Shown piece after piece: positions 18,134 through 27,234 of a stretch of DNA of 64,000 bases. The stretch is taken from positions 929 through 64,928 of the forward strand of contig CAZUAT010000007.1 in the NCBI GenBank assembly GCA_964618415.1. Reading direction: 5' to 3'. The stretch comes from an uncultured Thermoanaerobaculia bacterium. GTDB taxonomy: Bacteria; Acidobacteriota; Thermoanaerobaculia; Multivoradales; JAGPDF01. Under the pieces are notes generated by a model. That model ran no database searches, was not told the DNA's origin, and saw only the letters and a list, made by a program, of their open reading frames with translations. The stretch's first letter is position 1. Every line of letters starts with the position of its first letter. The translations under genes were made by a program, and so were the position numbers.

Positions 18134-20308
18134 ATGCGCACCTCGCTCCTCGCCAGCACGTTCGCTCTGGCCTGGCTGTCCGCACCCGCGGTGGCGCAGG
18201 ATCTGCTCGTCTACGACAACCAGCTGCGCAGCGGGTTCGAAGACTGGAGCTGGGCAACACGCGATCTCGCCTTCGCCGGGCAGAGCCACTCCGCCCCCAA
18301 TTCGATCCGTATGGAGCCCGACGCCTGGGGTGGCCTCTACTTTCACACCAACACGCCGAACGAGGTGTCCGACTTCGTCGACCTGCGTCTCTGGGTCAAG
18401 GGTGAAGCGAGCGGCGGGCAGCAGCTTACGCTGCGCATTCAGTCGAACGGCGTCGAGCGCGCGAGCGCGCCGCTCGCCGGCTTCGTGACCGGGGGGATCT
18501 CCGGCAGCGTCTGGCGGCAGGCGGTCGTCTCGTTCGCGGCCCTCGGCCTGACCTCCGGGACCTTCAACGAGCTGATCCTGCAGGACGCGACCGGCGGCAA
18601 CCAGGCCGCGGTGCTGTTCGACGATCTGCTGTTCACCGCCGACCCGACGCCGCCGGGAGTGCTCACCGTCGCCATCGACCCGGACGCCGGGCGACGCCCG
18701 ATCTCCGATCTCGTATACGGGGTCAACTTCGCGAGCCCGGAGCAACTGGCGGATGTCGGCTACACCGTCAACCGGTGGGGCGGCAACCGGTCGACGCGAT
18801 ACAACTGGCAGCTCGACGTCGACAACAGCGCCTTCGACTGGTTCTACCAGAACTACACCGGTTCGGAGGGGCAGCCGCTGCCGGAGGGCTCGAGCTCCGA
18901 CCAGTTCATCATCGCCTCGCGGGCGGCCGGCGCCGAGGTCGTGTTGACGCTCCCGACCATGGGGCGTGTCGCGGGTCCGGATCGGCAGCGGCGGTGGAGC
19001 TTCTCGCAGGCGCTCTACGGGCCGCAGCTGCAGGACGAGTGCAGCTACTTCCCGCCGCCCGCCCCCGGCTGGTGCCAGCCCGACGCCGGCAACGGTCTGT
19101 GCAATCCGGCGGTCAACACTACCGGGCACTGTTCGGCTGACGGCAGGATCGTCGGCAACGATCCGAACGAAACCTCGATCGTGGTCGAGCCGCCGTTCGT
19201 GGAGAGCTGGCTCGACTTCGTTGCCACGCGGGTCGGGCCGCCGGACGAGGGCGGGGTGCGTTTCGTCGCGCTCGACAACGAGCCGATGCTCTGGAACTCG
19301 ACACACGCGGACCTGCATCCGGCGCCTGCCACCTACGACGAGGTCTGGCAGCGCGGACGCGACGTGGCGGCCGCGGTCAAGGCGGGGCACGAGGGGATTT
19401 CCGTTCTCGGCCCCGATACCTGGGGTTGGTGCGATCTGTGGACCTCGGCAGCGGACGCTCCCGGCGACTGCACGGACGGGCCGGACCGCCAGGCGCACGG
19501 CGGCGTACCGTTCGTGCGCTGGTACCTCGGCCAGGTCTGCGCCCACCAGCAGCAGACGGGCGTGCGGCTGGTCGACTACGTGGACGTGCACTACTACCCG
19601 CAGAGCGGCGAGGCGTTCGGCGGCGAGGAGTACGCCGCCATCCGCCTGGATTCGATCCGCGAACTCGACTCGCCGACGTACGTTTCGCAGTCGTGGATCG
19701 CTGCGAACGTGCGGCTGATTCCCCGCCTGCGCGACTGGATCGCTGCCGCCTGTCCGGGCACGCGGATCGCGATTACCGAGTACGCGTGGGGCGCGGACGA
19801 CGCGCCGTCGGCCGCTCTGGCGCAGGCCGAAGTGCTGGCCATTTTCGGGCGCGAGGGGGTGGGCCTGGCAACCCGCTGGGTGGTGCCGGAAAGCGGGACG
19901 CGGACCGAAGACGCATTCCGGTTCTATCTCAACTACGACGGCGCCGGAGCGCGAGTGCGCGGCGACAGCGTCGCCGCGACCTCGTCCGACATCGACGAGG
20001 TCGGCGCCTACGCGGTGCGCGGGACCGACGACCGGCTCTTCGTCCTCCTGTTCAACAAGGAGACCTCGCCGCGTGATGTCGAGGTGAACGTTGCAGGGAC
20101 CGTGGTCGGCCCGGCGACCTTGTGGCGGTTCACTCCGACGCAGCCACTCGGCCCGGCCGGCACGCTGCCGGTGTCCGGCGCCGGTTTCGCCGCCACGCTG
20201 CCGGCGAGGTCTGCCACGCTCGCCGTCGTGCAGCTGGAATCCGGCCTGGTGTTCCGCGACGGCTTCGAGTCGGGCTCGACCGGCGCCTGGTCGCTGGTCG
20301 CCCCCTGA
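18134..20308 (+). CDS. Secreted GH44-family endoglucanase/xyloglucanase with N-terminal CBM-like domain and C-terminal FRDGFE tail
   Basis: Signal peptide ...APAVA/QD; RRPISDLVYGVN, NRWGGNRSTRYNW, acid/base LDNEPMLWNSTHADLHP, DYVDVHYYPQ, nucleophile ITEYAWG; ends LVFRDGFESGSTGAWSLVAP; GGAGG SD. Confidence 0.88.
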   Translation: MRTSLLASTFALAWLSAPAVAQDLLVYDNQLRSGFEDWSWATRDLAFAGQSHSAPNSIRMEPDAWGGLYFHTNTPNEVSDFVDLRLWVKGEASGGQQLTLRIQSNGVERASAPLAGFVTGGISGSVWRQAVVSFAALGLTSGTFNELILQDATGGNQAAVLFDDLLFTADPTPPGVLTVAIDPDAGRRPISDLVYGVNFASPEQLADVGYTVNRWGGNRSTRYNWQLDVDNSAFDWFYQNYTGSEGQPLPEGSSSDQFIIASRAAGAEVVLTLPTMGRVAGPDRQRRWSFSQALYGPQLQDECSYFPPPAPGWCQPDAGNGLCNPAVNTTGHCSADGRIVGNDPNETSIVVEPPFVESWLDFVATRVGPPDEGGVRFVALDNEPMLWNSTHADLHPAPATYDEVWQRGRDVAAAVKAGHEGISVLGPDTWGWCDLWTSAADAPGDCTDGPDRQAHGGVPFVRWYLGQVCAHQQQTGVRLVDYVDVHYYPQSGEAFGGEEYAAIRLDSIRELDSPTYVSQSWIAANVRLIPRLRDWIAAACPGTRIAITEYAWGADDAPSAALAQAEVLAIFGREGVGLATRWVVPESGTRTEDAFRFYLNYDGAGARVRGDSVAATSSDIDEVGAYAVRGTDDRLFVLLFNKETSPRDVEVNVAGTVVGPATLWRFTPTQPLGPAGTLPVSGAGFAATLPARSATLAVVQLESGLVFRDGFESGSTGAWSLVAP

Positions 20309-20410
20309 GCCCGGCGCGCGTTGCCGGATCGCCGGCCTGCGTGACTGCAGCGCGGCACGGCGCAGCGGCGAACGGGGAAGCGGCTCCGAGTTGTTAGACT
20401 GCCGCGCTCG

Positions 20411-21463
20411 ATGGCCCACTCCGCACTCATCCTGGCCGGCGGCTCGGGAACCCGCTTCTGGCCCGCCTCCCGACGCGCCCGCCCCAAGCAGCTGCTGGCT
20501 CTCGACGGCGAACGGTCGTTGCTCCAGGCCACGGTCGACCGGCTGATCCCGCTGGTCGGACCCGAGTCGATCTGGATTGCCACCACACCGGCGCTGGCCG
20601 CCGAGGTGGCACAGCAGCTGCCTGAGCTCGCTCCGGACCGGCTGCTCGTCGAGCCGGCGCCGCGCAATACCGCGCCGGCGATCGGCTTTGCCCTGCAGGC
20701 GATGCCGGAGGCGGCGCGGCAGGGCGCCGTGGCGGTGCTGCCGGCCGACCACCGGGTGGCCGACGGTCGCGAATTCCGCCGCGTGCTGGCCGAGGCACTT
20801 ACCGTAGCCGCCGCGAGCACGACGGTGGTGGCACTCGGCGTCGTCCCGCGCTGGGCGGAGACCGGCTTCGGCTGGCTCGAACTCGGCGAGACCCGGCCCG
20901 GGGCCCCGGGCCTGCGGCACGTGGCGCGGTTCCGCGAGAAGCCGGATGCCGCGACCGCGCGCCAGTTCCTGGCCTCGGGCGGCCATCTCTGGAACGCCGG
21001 GATCTTCGTCTTCCAAGGCAGCGCCATGCTCGATCACCTCGACCGATTCGCGCCGGAGATCGGCGCCGGGCTGGCCGCCATCCGGCGCGAGCCGGAGCGC
21101 GCGGCGGAGCTGTTCGCGGGCCTGCCGTCGCGCTCGATCGACTACGCCGTCATGGAGCACCTGACCGACCTGGTGGCGCTGCCGCTCGACTGCGGGTGGG
21201 ACGACCTGGGGTCCTGGCAGGCCCTGTTCGATGTCCTGCCGGCCGACACGTCGGGGAACCGCTCGCACGGGGCCACCTGTGCGGTCGACGCGCGCGACAA
21301 CCTCCTGTTCGCCGATGCCGGCACGATCGCCGTGCTCGGCGTGGAAGGCCTGGCGGTCGTGCGCACTGCCGATGCCGTTCTGGTCCTGCCGCGCGAGCGC
21401 GCGCAGGAGGTGCGCGAGATCGTCGACGCGCTCGAGCGGGCCGGCCGGACCGACCTGCTCTGA
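20411..21463 (+). CDS. manC: Mannose-1-phosphate guanylyltransferase
   Basis: ILAGGSGTRFWPASRRARPKQL, EPAPRNTAPA, LPADH, FREKP, WNAGIF, SIDYAVME, WDDLGSW. Confidence 0.95.
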   Translation: MAHSALILAGGSGTRFWPASRRARPKQLLALDGERSLLQATVDRLIPLVGPESIWIATTPALAAEVAQQLPELAPDRLLVEPAPRNTAPAIGFALQAMPEAARQGAVAVLPADHRVADGREFRRVLAEALTVAAASTTVVALGVVPRWAETGFGWLELGETRPGAPGLRHVARFREKPDAATARQFLASGGHLWNAGIFVFQGSAMLDHLDRFAPEIGAGLAAIRREPERAAELFAGLPSRSIDYAVMEHLTDLVALPLDCGWDDLGSWQALFDVLPADTSGNRSHGATCAVDARDNLLFADAGTIAVLGVEGLAVVRTADAVLVLPRERAQEVREIVDALERAGRTDLL

Positions 21464-21479
21464 AGCGTCGTCCGCGCCC

Positions 21480-22472
21480 ATGCAGTGGAAGATCGCGCGC
21501 CCGAGCCGCCTCTCCGATCGCTTCAACCGGTGGGCGATCCGACGCGGCTTTCCGGCTCTGGCCTGGCTGGCGCCGCGGGCGCCGCGCTGGTTCCTGCTCG
21601 CCGGGGCGCGGCGCATCATCGGCGTCGTGATGTTCCTGCACCCGAAGCCGAAGGCCGACATCTCGCGCAATCTGGCGCGCATCACCGGCCTGCGGCCGGG
21701 CTCGCGGGCGCTCCATCGGGCGGTGCGCGAGATGCTGCATCACCTGGCGTATTACTGGGTCGATCTGTTTCGTTTTGCGCAGCTGCCCGCCGAACGGCTG
21801 CTCGAGCTGGTGGAAGGGCGCGGCACGGCGACAATCGAGCCGCTGCGGGCGGCGCACGCCGCGGGTGAGCGCGTCATCCTGCTCACCGCGCACCTCGGCA
21901 ATTGGGAGCTGGGCGCCATCCTGGTCGGGCAGGCCGATCTGCCGGTGTCCGTGGTCTACGTACCGGACGAGTTCGGCGAGGCCGAGCACTATCGGAGCGT
22001 CCTGCGGTCGTTCGGGCGGCTCGAGGAGATCCCGATCCGGGTGGAGGATCGGTTCGCGAGCCTCCCGGTGCTGCGCGCTTTCGCCAACGGTCGCCTGGTC
22101 GCCCTGCAGGGCGACCGCGACTTCAACGACCGGGGCATCGAACTGCCGTTCTTCGGACAACCGGCACGCTTTCCCGCCGGACCGTTCCACCTCGCCCGCA
22201 TGACCGAGGCCCGGCTCTGGCCGTCGTTCATCGCCTATACGCCGGAACGCGGTTTCGAGATCGAACTCGGCACGCCGATCGAGGTCGAGCGCACTGCGGA
22301 TCGCGATGGAGACGTCCGGCGCGCAGCGGAACGTTGGGTGGCGGTCCTCGAGGCGGCGGTCGCCCGCTGGCCGACGCAGTGGTACACGTTCTACGACTTC
22401 TGGGCGAGCGACGGCGCATCGACGCCGTCGGGACCGGCCGTGCCGCCCGCTGGCGACGGAGAGGCCGCGTGA
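21480..22472 (+). CDS. Lysophospholipid / lipid A acyltransferase family (LpxL/HtrB-like)
   Basis: ILLTAHLGNWELG, VALQGDRD, VELPFFG-like IELPFFGQPARFPAGP, PTQWY.FYDFW. Confidence 0.85.
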   Translation: MQWKIARPSRLSDRFNRWAIRRGFPALAWLAPRAPRWFLLAGARRIIGVVMFLHPKPKADISRNLARITGLRPGSRALHRAVREMLHHLAYYWVDLFRFAQLPAERLLELVEGRGTATIEPLRAAHAAGERVILLTAHLGNWELGAILVGQADLPVSVVYVPDEFGEAEHYRSVLRSFGRLEEIPIRVEDRFASLPVLRAFANGRLVALQGDRDFNDRGIELPFFGQPARFPAGPFHLARMTEARLWPSFIAYTPERGFEIELGTPIEVERTADRDGDVRRAAERWVAVLEAAVARWPTQWYTFYDFWASDGASTPSGPAVPPAGDGEAA

Positions 22473-23182
22473 GCGCGCCACTGCAACTCGCCACAGCGGA
22501 GGGACTGCCCATGCCGCCCGCGCCGGGGGAGGCCGGCTTCCTCGATCGCCTGTTGCCCGGCGACGGTGCGTGGGAGCTGGAGATCGGCTTCGGCAAGGGT
22601 CGTTTCCTCCTCGCCAGCGCGGCGGCGCAGCCGACTGCCCGCTGGTTGGGCATCGAGATCGCCGGCGAGTACTTTCGGCTCGCCGCCCGGCGGATCGCGC
22701 GCCGTCGGCTCGCCAATGTCGCGCTGCTGCACGGAGAGGCGCTCTACCTGCTGGCTGCGGTGCTGCCGCGCGGCTTCGCGCGGCGTGTACACGTCTACTT
22801 TCCCGACCCGTGGCCGAAAGCACGGCATCAGCGGCGACGACTCTTCTCGCCCGCTTCCGTCGACCTGGTGCTCGGCGCACTCGCGCCGGGGGGCGAGCTC
22901 TGTTTTGCCACCGACTACGTCAGCTACGGGCAGGAGGTCGAGGCGATCCTGCGCGCCGCACCCGGGGTGGAGGTCGAATCCGTGAGCGGCGGCTGGCCGG
23001 ACGGGGCGCGAACCAACTACGAGGCCAAGTACGAACGCGAAGGAAGATCGTTCGTCCGCCTGATTGCGCGTCCGAGCGGGTCGCTTGCGGCCTCGCCCGG
23101 CGCTGCGCTGCATCCCGCCGGCGCGCGCGAGGTCCTGGTGGCGGCCGGCGACGATGGTGCCAGCCGGGTCGAGCTGCTATGA
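22469..23182 (+). CDS. trmB: tRNA (guanine-N7)-methyltransferase
   Basis: LEIGFGKGRF, LGIEI, VYFPDPWPKARH.RRRL, FATD, TNYEAKY; GTGA overlap. Confidence 0.9.
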   Translation: MSAPLQLATAEGLPMPPAPGEAGFLDRLLPGDGAWELEIGFGKGRFLLASAAAQPTARWLGIEIAGEYFRLAARRIARRRLANVALLHGEALYLLAAVLPRGFARRVHVYFPDPWPKARHQRRRLFSPASVDLVLGALAPGGELCFATDYVSYGQEVEAILRAAPGVEVESVSGGWPDGARTNYEAKYEREGRSFVRLIARPSGSLAASPGAALHPAGAREVLVAAGDDGASRVELL

Positions 23183-24093
23183 GCGGCGCCGACCGGGTGG
23201 TCATCGCCGGCGGCAGCGGCCTGATCGGTCGCGCCCTGGCGCACTCGCTGGTCGCGCAGGGTCGCGAGGTCGTGGTGCTGTCGCGCAGCGCGGAGCCTCC
23301 GGGTCTGGCCGGCTGCCGGGTCGAGCGCTGGGATGGCGAGTCGTTGGGCCGGTGGCGCGAAGCGCTCGAGGGGGCGGCTGCGGTGGTCAACCTGGCCGGT
23401 GCCGGGATCGCCGACCGGCGCTGGACCGCGGATCGCCGTCGTGTGCTGCGCGCCAGCCGGATCGGGCCGACGGCCTTGCTCACCTCGGCCATCCGATCGG
23501 CTGCACAACCGCCGGGGGTCCTGGTGCAAGGCTCGGGCATCGGGATCTACGGCGATCGCGGGGACGAGAGGCTGACCGAGCAGTCGACCGCCGGAGAGGG
23601 CTTTCTGCCGCTGCTGGCCCGCGACTGGGAGGCGGCCTCCGAGGCCGTCGAGGAGGTCGGGACGCGCCGCGTCGTGGTGCGCACCGGACTCGTCCTGGCC
23701 CGCGAGGGCGGCGCGCTGGCGCGACTGCTGCCGGTCTTCCGGGTCGGGCTGGGGGGGCGGCTCGGATCTGGGCGCCAGTACTTTCCCTGGATTCATCTGA
23801 CCGACGAGGTGGCGGCGATCGGCCACCTGATCGGTGAGACGACCGCGCGCGGGCCGTTCCATCTGGTGGCTCCGGAGGCCATTCGCCAGCGCGAGTTTGC
23901 GCGTCGGCTGGGACGGGCGCTGCGTCGTCCCGCCGTGCTGCCCGTGCCGGGCTGGCTGTTGCGGACCGTGCTCGGAGAGCTGGCCAGCGAGCTGCTGACC
24001 GGGCAGCACGCGGCGCCGGAGGCTCTGCTTGCCAGCGGATTTCGTTTCCGCTTTGCCAGCCTGGACGCGGCGCTCGCCGACCTGGTCGGCTAG
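23179..24093 (+). CDS. TIGR01777-family NAD-dependent epimerase/oxidoreductase
   Basis: VVIAGGSGLIG, VVNLAG, RWT, SRIGPT, RVVVRTGLVL, GLGGRLGSGRQYFPWIHLTD, GFRFRF. Confidence 0.92.
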   Translation: MSGADRVVIAGGSGLIGRALAHSLVAQGREVVVLSRSAEPPGLAGCRVERWDGESLGRWREALEGAAAVVNLAGAGIADRRWTADRRRVLRASRIGPTALLTSAIRSAAQPPGVLVQGSGIGIYGDRGDERLTEQSTAGEGFLPLLARDWEAASEAVEEVGTRRVVVRTGLVLAREGGALARLLPVFRVGLGGRLGSGRQYFPWIHLTDEVAAIGHLIGETTARGPFHLVAPEAIRQREFARRLGRALRRPAVLPVPGWLLRTVLGELASELLTGQHAAPEALLASGFRFRFASLDAALADLVG

Positions 24094-24102
24094 CGGCGGC
24101 GA

Positions 24103-25386
24103 TCAGGAACGGTCGGCAGGCGCTGCGGCGCTCTCGGTCGGCGGCAGACGCTGGCGCAGCTCGGCAGCCACCTCGTCGCGGATCTCGGGGCGCGCGTAGA
24201 CACGCGAGCGGTCGATGCGGGCGAGAAAGCGCAGGAACTGGCTGGCCTGCTCGAGCGGTTCCGCGCCGTTGCCGGTGGCGACCAGCACCCGGCTCGGGCC
24301 CAGTCGATGGGGATCCTTGGCCGACCGGACCACGAGCAGCGCACCGTCGCCGTAGCGGGCCACGAGATCGGGCAAGGCCGCGTCGAAGGCCACCCGTTCG
24401 CGCGCGCTCGGGTGCTCGCGGGTTTCGAAGGCGAGTGGGAAGTGGGCCCGCGCCACCACCGCGCGGGCATGGACGCCCGGGTCGGCGCGCATCGCCGCGA
24501 GCACCGAGTGATCGTCTTCGCGCAGGAACTCCTCCGGGTCGGACGACCAGCAGCGATCGGTGGCGCGCAGCCACTCCGTGAGATGGTGCTCGAGGGCCTT
24601 GCCGGTGACGTTGAAGTAGACCTGCGTGAACATGTAGTAGCGCGCCAGGATCAGAGCTTCGACCGCGTGAACGCCACCCTCCTCGACGCCGAGTCCGATC
24701 GATCCGGACTGCGGATCGGCCACCGGTGCCAGGGTGTCGATCAGCCGGTCGAGGTCGTAGACGCCGTAGCGGACGCCGCAGAAAAGACTGTCGCGCAGCA
24801 GGTAGTCCATCTTGTCGACGTCGAGCTCCCCGGCGACGATCTGGGCGAGGAAGCGGCGATCATCGGGGACACGGCCGGCGAGCAGATCGATCACGTCGCC
24901 GGCGGCCAGGCCGTCGCCCTGCCGGTCGAAGCAGGCGCGCAGCTCCGGTCCGTCGAGCAGGCGCCGGGTCATCTCCTCGTGGTCGATGCCGTCCTGGAAG
25001 CGATCCTCGGCCGAGTGGGAGAACGGCGCATGGCCGATGTCGTGCAGCAGCGCGGCGGCTCGCACCAGGCGGCGCGCGCGCCCGGCCTCGTCGCGAGGCA
25101 GCAGATCGGGGCGCTTGGCGAGGACCGAGTCGAAGGCGCGCCCGGCCAGGTCCATCGCTCCCAGCACGTGTGAGAAACGGCTGTGTTCGGCGCCCGGGTA
25201 GACGAGAAAGGTCAGGCCGAGCTGGTGGATCCAGCGCAGGCGTTGCACCGGGCGGGTAGCCACGAGCGCAGCCTCGAGCGCGTCGAGGTGCAGAAAGCCG
25301 TGGATGGGGTCGCGCAGGCGCAGCATCACGTGGGCCGTCGAGCGCGGGGAGTCTGGCACAGATGGGACCTGGCGGGATCTGGCCAT
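24103..25386 (-). CDS. HD-domain phosphohydrolase (SAMHD1/dNTPase-like)
   Basis: LRDPIHG, VQRLRWIHQLG, YPGAEHSRFSHVLG, AALLHDIGHAPFSH, ELDVDKMDYLLRD, ARYYMFTQVY. Start is ATG 25386 or 25326. Confidence 0.9.
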   Translation of the reverse strand: MARSRQVPSVPDSPRSTAHVMLRLRDPIHGFLHLDALEAALVATRPVQRLRWIHQLGLTFLVYPGAEHSRFSHVLGAMDLAGRAFDSVLAKRPDLLPRDEAGRARRLVRAAALLHDIGHAPFSHSAEDRFQDGIDHEEMTRRLLDGPELRACFDRQGDGLAAGDVIDLLAGRVPDDRRFLAQIVAGELDVDKMDYLLRDSLFCGVRYGVYDLDRLIDTLAPVADPQSGSIGLGVEEGGVHAVEALILARYYMFTQVYFNVTGKALEHHLTEWLRATDRCWSSDPEEFLREDDHSVLAAMRADPGVHARAVVARAHFPLAFETREHPSARERVAFDAALPDLVARYGDGALLVVRSAKDPHRLGPSRVLVATGNGAEPLEQASQFLRFLARIDRSRVYARPEIRDEVAAELRQRLPPTESAAAPADRS

Positions 25387-25429
25387 GATGGCCGGGTCCC
25401 GCCAGAGAACGGCAGCAGGCCTGCGCCGT

Positions 25430-25780
25430 TCAGCGGCGCTTCTTGCTGTCGCGAAGCAGTTCGTCGAGCTTGTTGATGATGCGCGCAAGCGCCTTCGACA
25501 GCGGGCCGTTCTTGGCCGCCACCTCGCCGCTCTTGAGCGCGATGCGCACCAGCTGGAGGTCGGTCGAGTCGAGGTTGCCCTCGCGCTTGCGGGCGTCGGA
25601 AACGACCCGGTAGCGACCGCTCTCGCAAACGATCGGCACGCCCTCTTCGATCAGGGCGGCAATGTCGCGGAAGACGGTCCGCTCCGAAACGTCGAAGCGC
25701 GACTTGATCTGGTCCAGCGTCCGTCCGGCATTGGAGTGGAGATACTGGGCGATGACGTACATTCTTTCGGCTTTGCGCAT
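25430..25780 (-). CDS. Stand-alone YafY/PafB-type winged HTH protein lacking a WYL domain
   Basis: MRKAERM..I...L, TLDQIKSRFDVSERTVFRDIAAL.EEGVPI....G.Y, followed by a helical linker and a stop at 116 aa; GGAG SD. Confidence 0.82.
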   Translation of the reverse strand: MRKAERMYVIAQYLHSNAGRTLDQIKSRFDVSERTVFRDIAALIEEGVPIVCESGRYRVVSDARKREGNLDSTDLQLVRIALKSGEVAAKNGPLSKALARIINKLDELLRDSKKRR

Positions 25781-25850
25781 GGTGGTTGAATCTCCGTGGA
25801 GCGTATCGTCTCACGGAATCTGCTCGATTGCACCCCTGAGCTGCGGCAGG

Positions 25851-25867
25851 TGTCAGCCCGATGTCAG
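25851..25867. promoter_or_regulatory. TGTCAG-N5-TGTCAG direct repeat upstream of the HTH gene
   Basis: Hexamers at 25851-25856 and 25862-25867 (11-bp period); they read CTGACA on the coding (minus) strand. Confidence 0.5.
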
Positions 25868-25950
25868 GGGCACAGGCCCTGTCCTGATTTGGCGAGCGGC
25901 ATTCTGCTGTGGCCGTTTGGCACCTCGTTGGCAGAAGCGGCGTGTCGCGG

Positions 25951-25970
25951 GGAACCGCCTGGAACCGCCT
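25951..25970. repeat. Perfect 10-bp tandem duplication GGAACCGCCT x2
   Basis: Read directly from the sequence; immediately 3' of the membrane-protein stop at 25973. Confidence 0.8.
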
Positions 25971-25972
25971 GT

Positions 25973-26728
25973 TCAGGGCGCCAGCAACTCGACCGGCAGC
26001 TCCTCCATCGTGCCGAGTACGCCGGCGGCGGCGGCCGAGCGTGCGAGGACCACGGTGGTCAGGAGCAGGCCCACGATGCCGGTAAAGCGCTGAAACTTGG
26101 CGGGAAGGAATCGACTCGCGGCCAGAAGGACGGCTCCGACGGCGAGCGTGAGCAGGTCCGGACCCAGTGCGCCGCGCAGGCTGGTGGGCCAGATCGGCAC
26201 CGAGACCAGCAGCAGCGGCGCGGCGAGTGGCGCGGCAAAGCGGGGCTTGCCGCTCGCCAGTTCCGCCGCCGCCAGCGCGAGCGGAAGCCGCAGCAGCGCG
26301 CCGAACAGCAGGGGCCAGGGCATGGGTACAGGGCCGGCGCCATAGCGCAGCATCTCCGAGCCCCAGGTGACGAGTACCAGCGCGAGGCCGCCAAACAGTG
26401 CCTGTACGGTCCACTCGCGGCGCCCGAGCTTCTCGGCGGCCAGCAGTGCGACCGCGTCGGCGGCCACCAGGGCGAGTATCGCCACGGCGAGCATGCGGAT
26501 CGGCAGCGGGCCCGTGAGCGGGCCGACGATGCCCCAGGCGAGCGCGGCGTCGGGGGAGCGGCGGATGGCGACCAGCGTCAGCGCGGTGGCCAGGCCAAGC
26601 GCAGGCAGAGCCGTCCGTGCCCACAGGATGGCAGTACGTGTATCTCCGCCCGCGGCGCGAAGTGGGAACAGCAGGTGCCCGCCGAAGACCACGAGGTTCA
26701 CCAGCATCACCACCAGGGTCAGCAGCAC
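25973..26728 (-). CDS. Hypothetical multi-pass membrane protein
   Basis: About 7 hydrophobic segments; GTG start overlapping the folK end, GGAGG upstream; no family recognised. Confidence 0.7.
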   Translation of the reverse strand: MLLTLVVMLVNLVVFGGHLLFPLRAAGGDTRTAILWARTALPALGLATALTLVAIRRSPDAALAWGIVGPLTGPLPIRMLAVAILALVAADAVALLAAEKLGRREWTVQALFGGLALVLVTWGSEMLRYGAGPVPMPWPLLFGALLRLPLALAAAELASGKPRFAAPLAAPLLLVSVPIWPTSLRGALGPDLLTLAVGAVLLAASRFLPAKFQRFTGIVGLLLTTVVLARSAAAAGVLGTMEELPVELLAP

Positions 26729-27234
26729 ATGTCCTCCGGCAATGGCCAGCGCTCGACTCGCGCCCCGTCGGTCAGCGCCGCCAGCAGCTGACCGACCGTG
26801 CGGCCGTCCGGTGGCAGCTCCAGATCCGGGGCCATGCTGGCCAGCGGCACGAGCACGAAGCGGCGCTCGCGCAGGCGTGGATGGGGCAGCTCGAGGCCGG
26901 GCTGGTGACGCTCCTGGCTGCCGACGAAGAGCAGATCGATATCGATCCGGCGCGGTCCGAGCGGCGCGTCGCGCCGCCGGCCGAGTGCCGCCTCGATCTC
27001 CAGCGCGCCGGCCAGCAGTTCCTCGGGCTGGTGGTGACCCCAGCCGAGGGCGACGGTGTTCAGAAAGTCGGCTTGCGGAATGGGGGAGACCGGCTCGGTG
27101 CGATAGAGGGGCGCCACTTCGAGGGGTCCGAACCGGGCCGCCAGGCCGGCCAGCGCGGCGGCGATCGCCGCCCGCGGCTGGTCGAGGTTGGCCCCCAGGG
27201 CGAACGCGAACGGCGCAGCCGGACTACTCGTCGT
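26719..27234 (-). CDS. folK: 2-amino-4-hydroxy-6-hydroxymethyldihydropteridine diphosphokinase (start codon non-canonical or uncertain)
   Basis: FALGANL, LYRTEP, DFLNTV, GRRR....GPRRIDIDLL, LPHPRLRERRFVLVPL. No ATG/GTG/TTG at the domain start; ACG at 27234 follows GAGG. Confidence 0.88.
   Translation of the reverse strand, partial: TTSSPAAPFAFALGANLDQPRAAIAAALAGLAARFGPLEVAPLYRTEPVSPIPQADFLNTVALGWGHHQPEELLAGALEIEAALGRRRDAPLGPRRIDIDLLFVGSQERHQPGLELPHPRLRERRFVLVPLASMAPDLELPPDGRTVGQLLAALTDGARVERWPLPEDMCC

Noticed and set aside
18056-21685. 1209-aa minus-strand ORF
   Set aside because: Antisense to GH44 and manC; no recognisable domain.
25951-25970. GGAACCGCCT x2 as an ECF -35 or target-site duplication
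   Set aside because: No matching -10 at ECF spacing and no intervening element; recorded only as a repeat.
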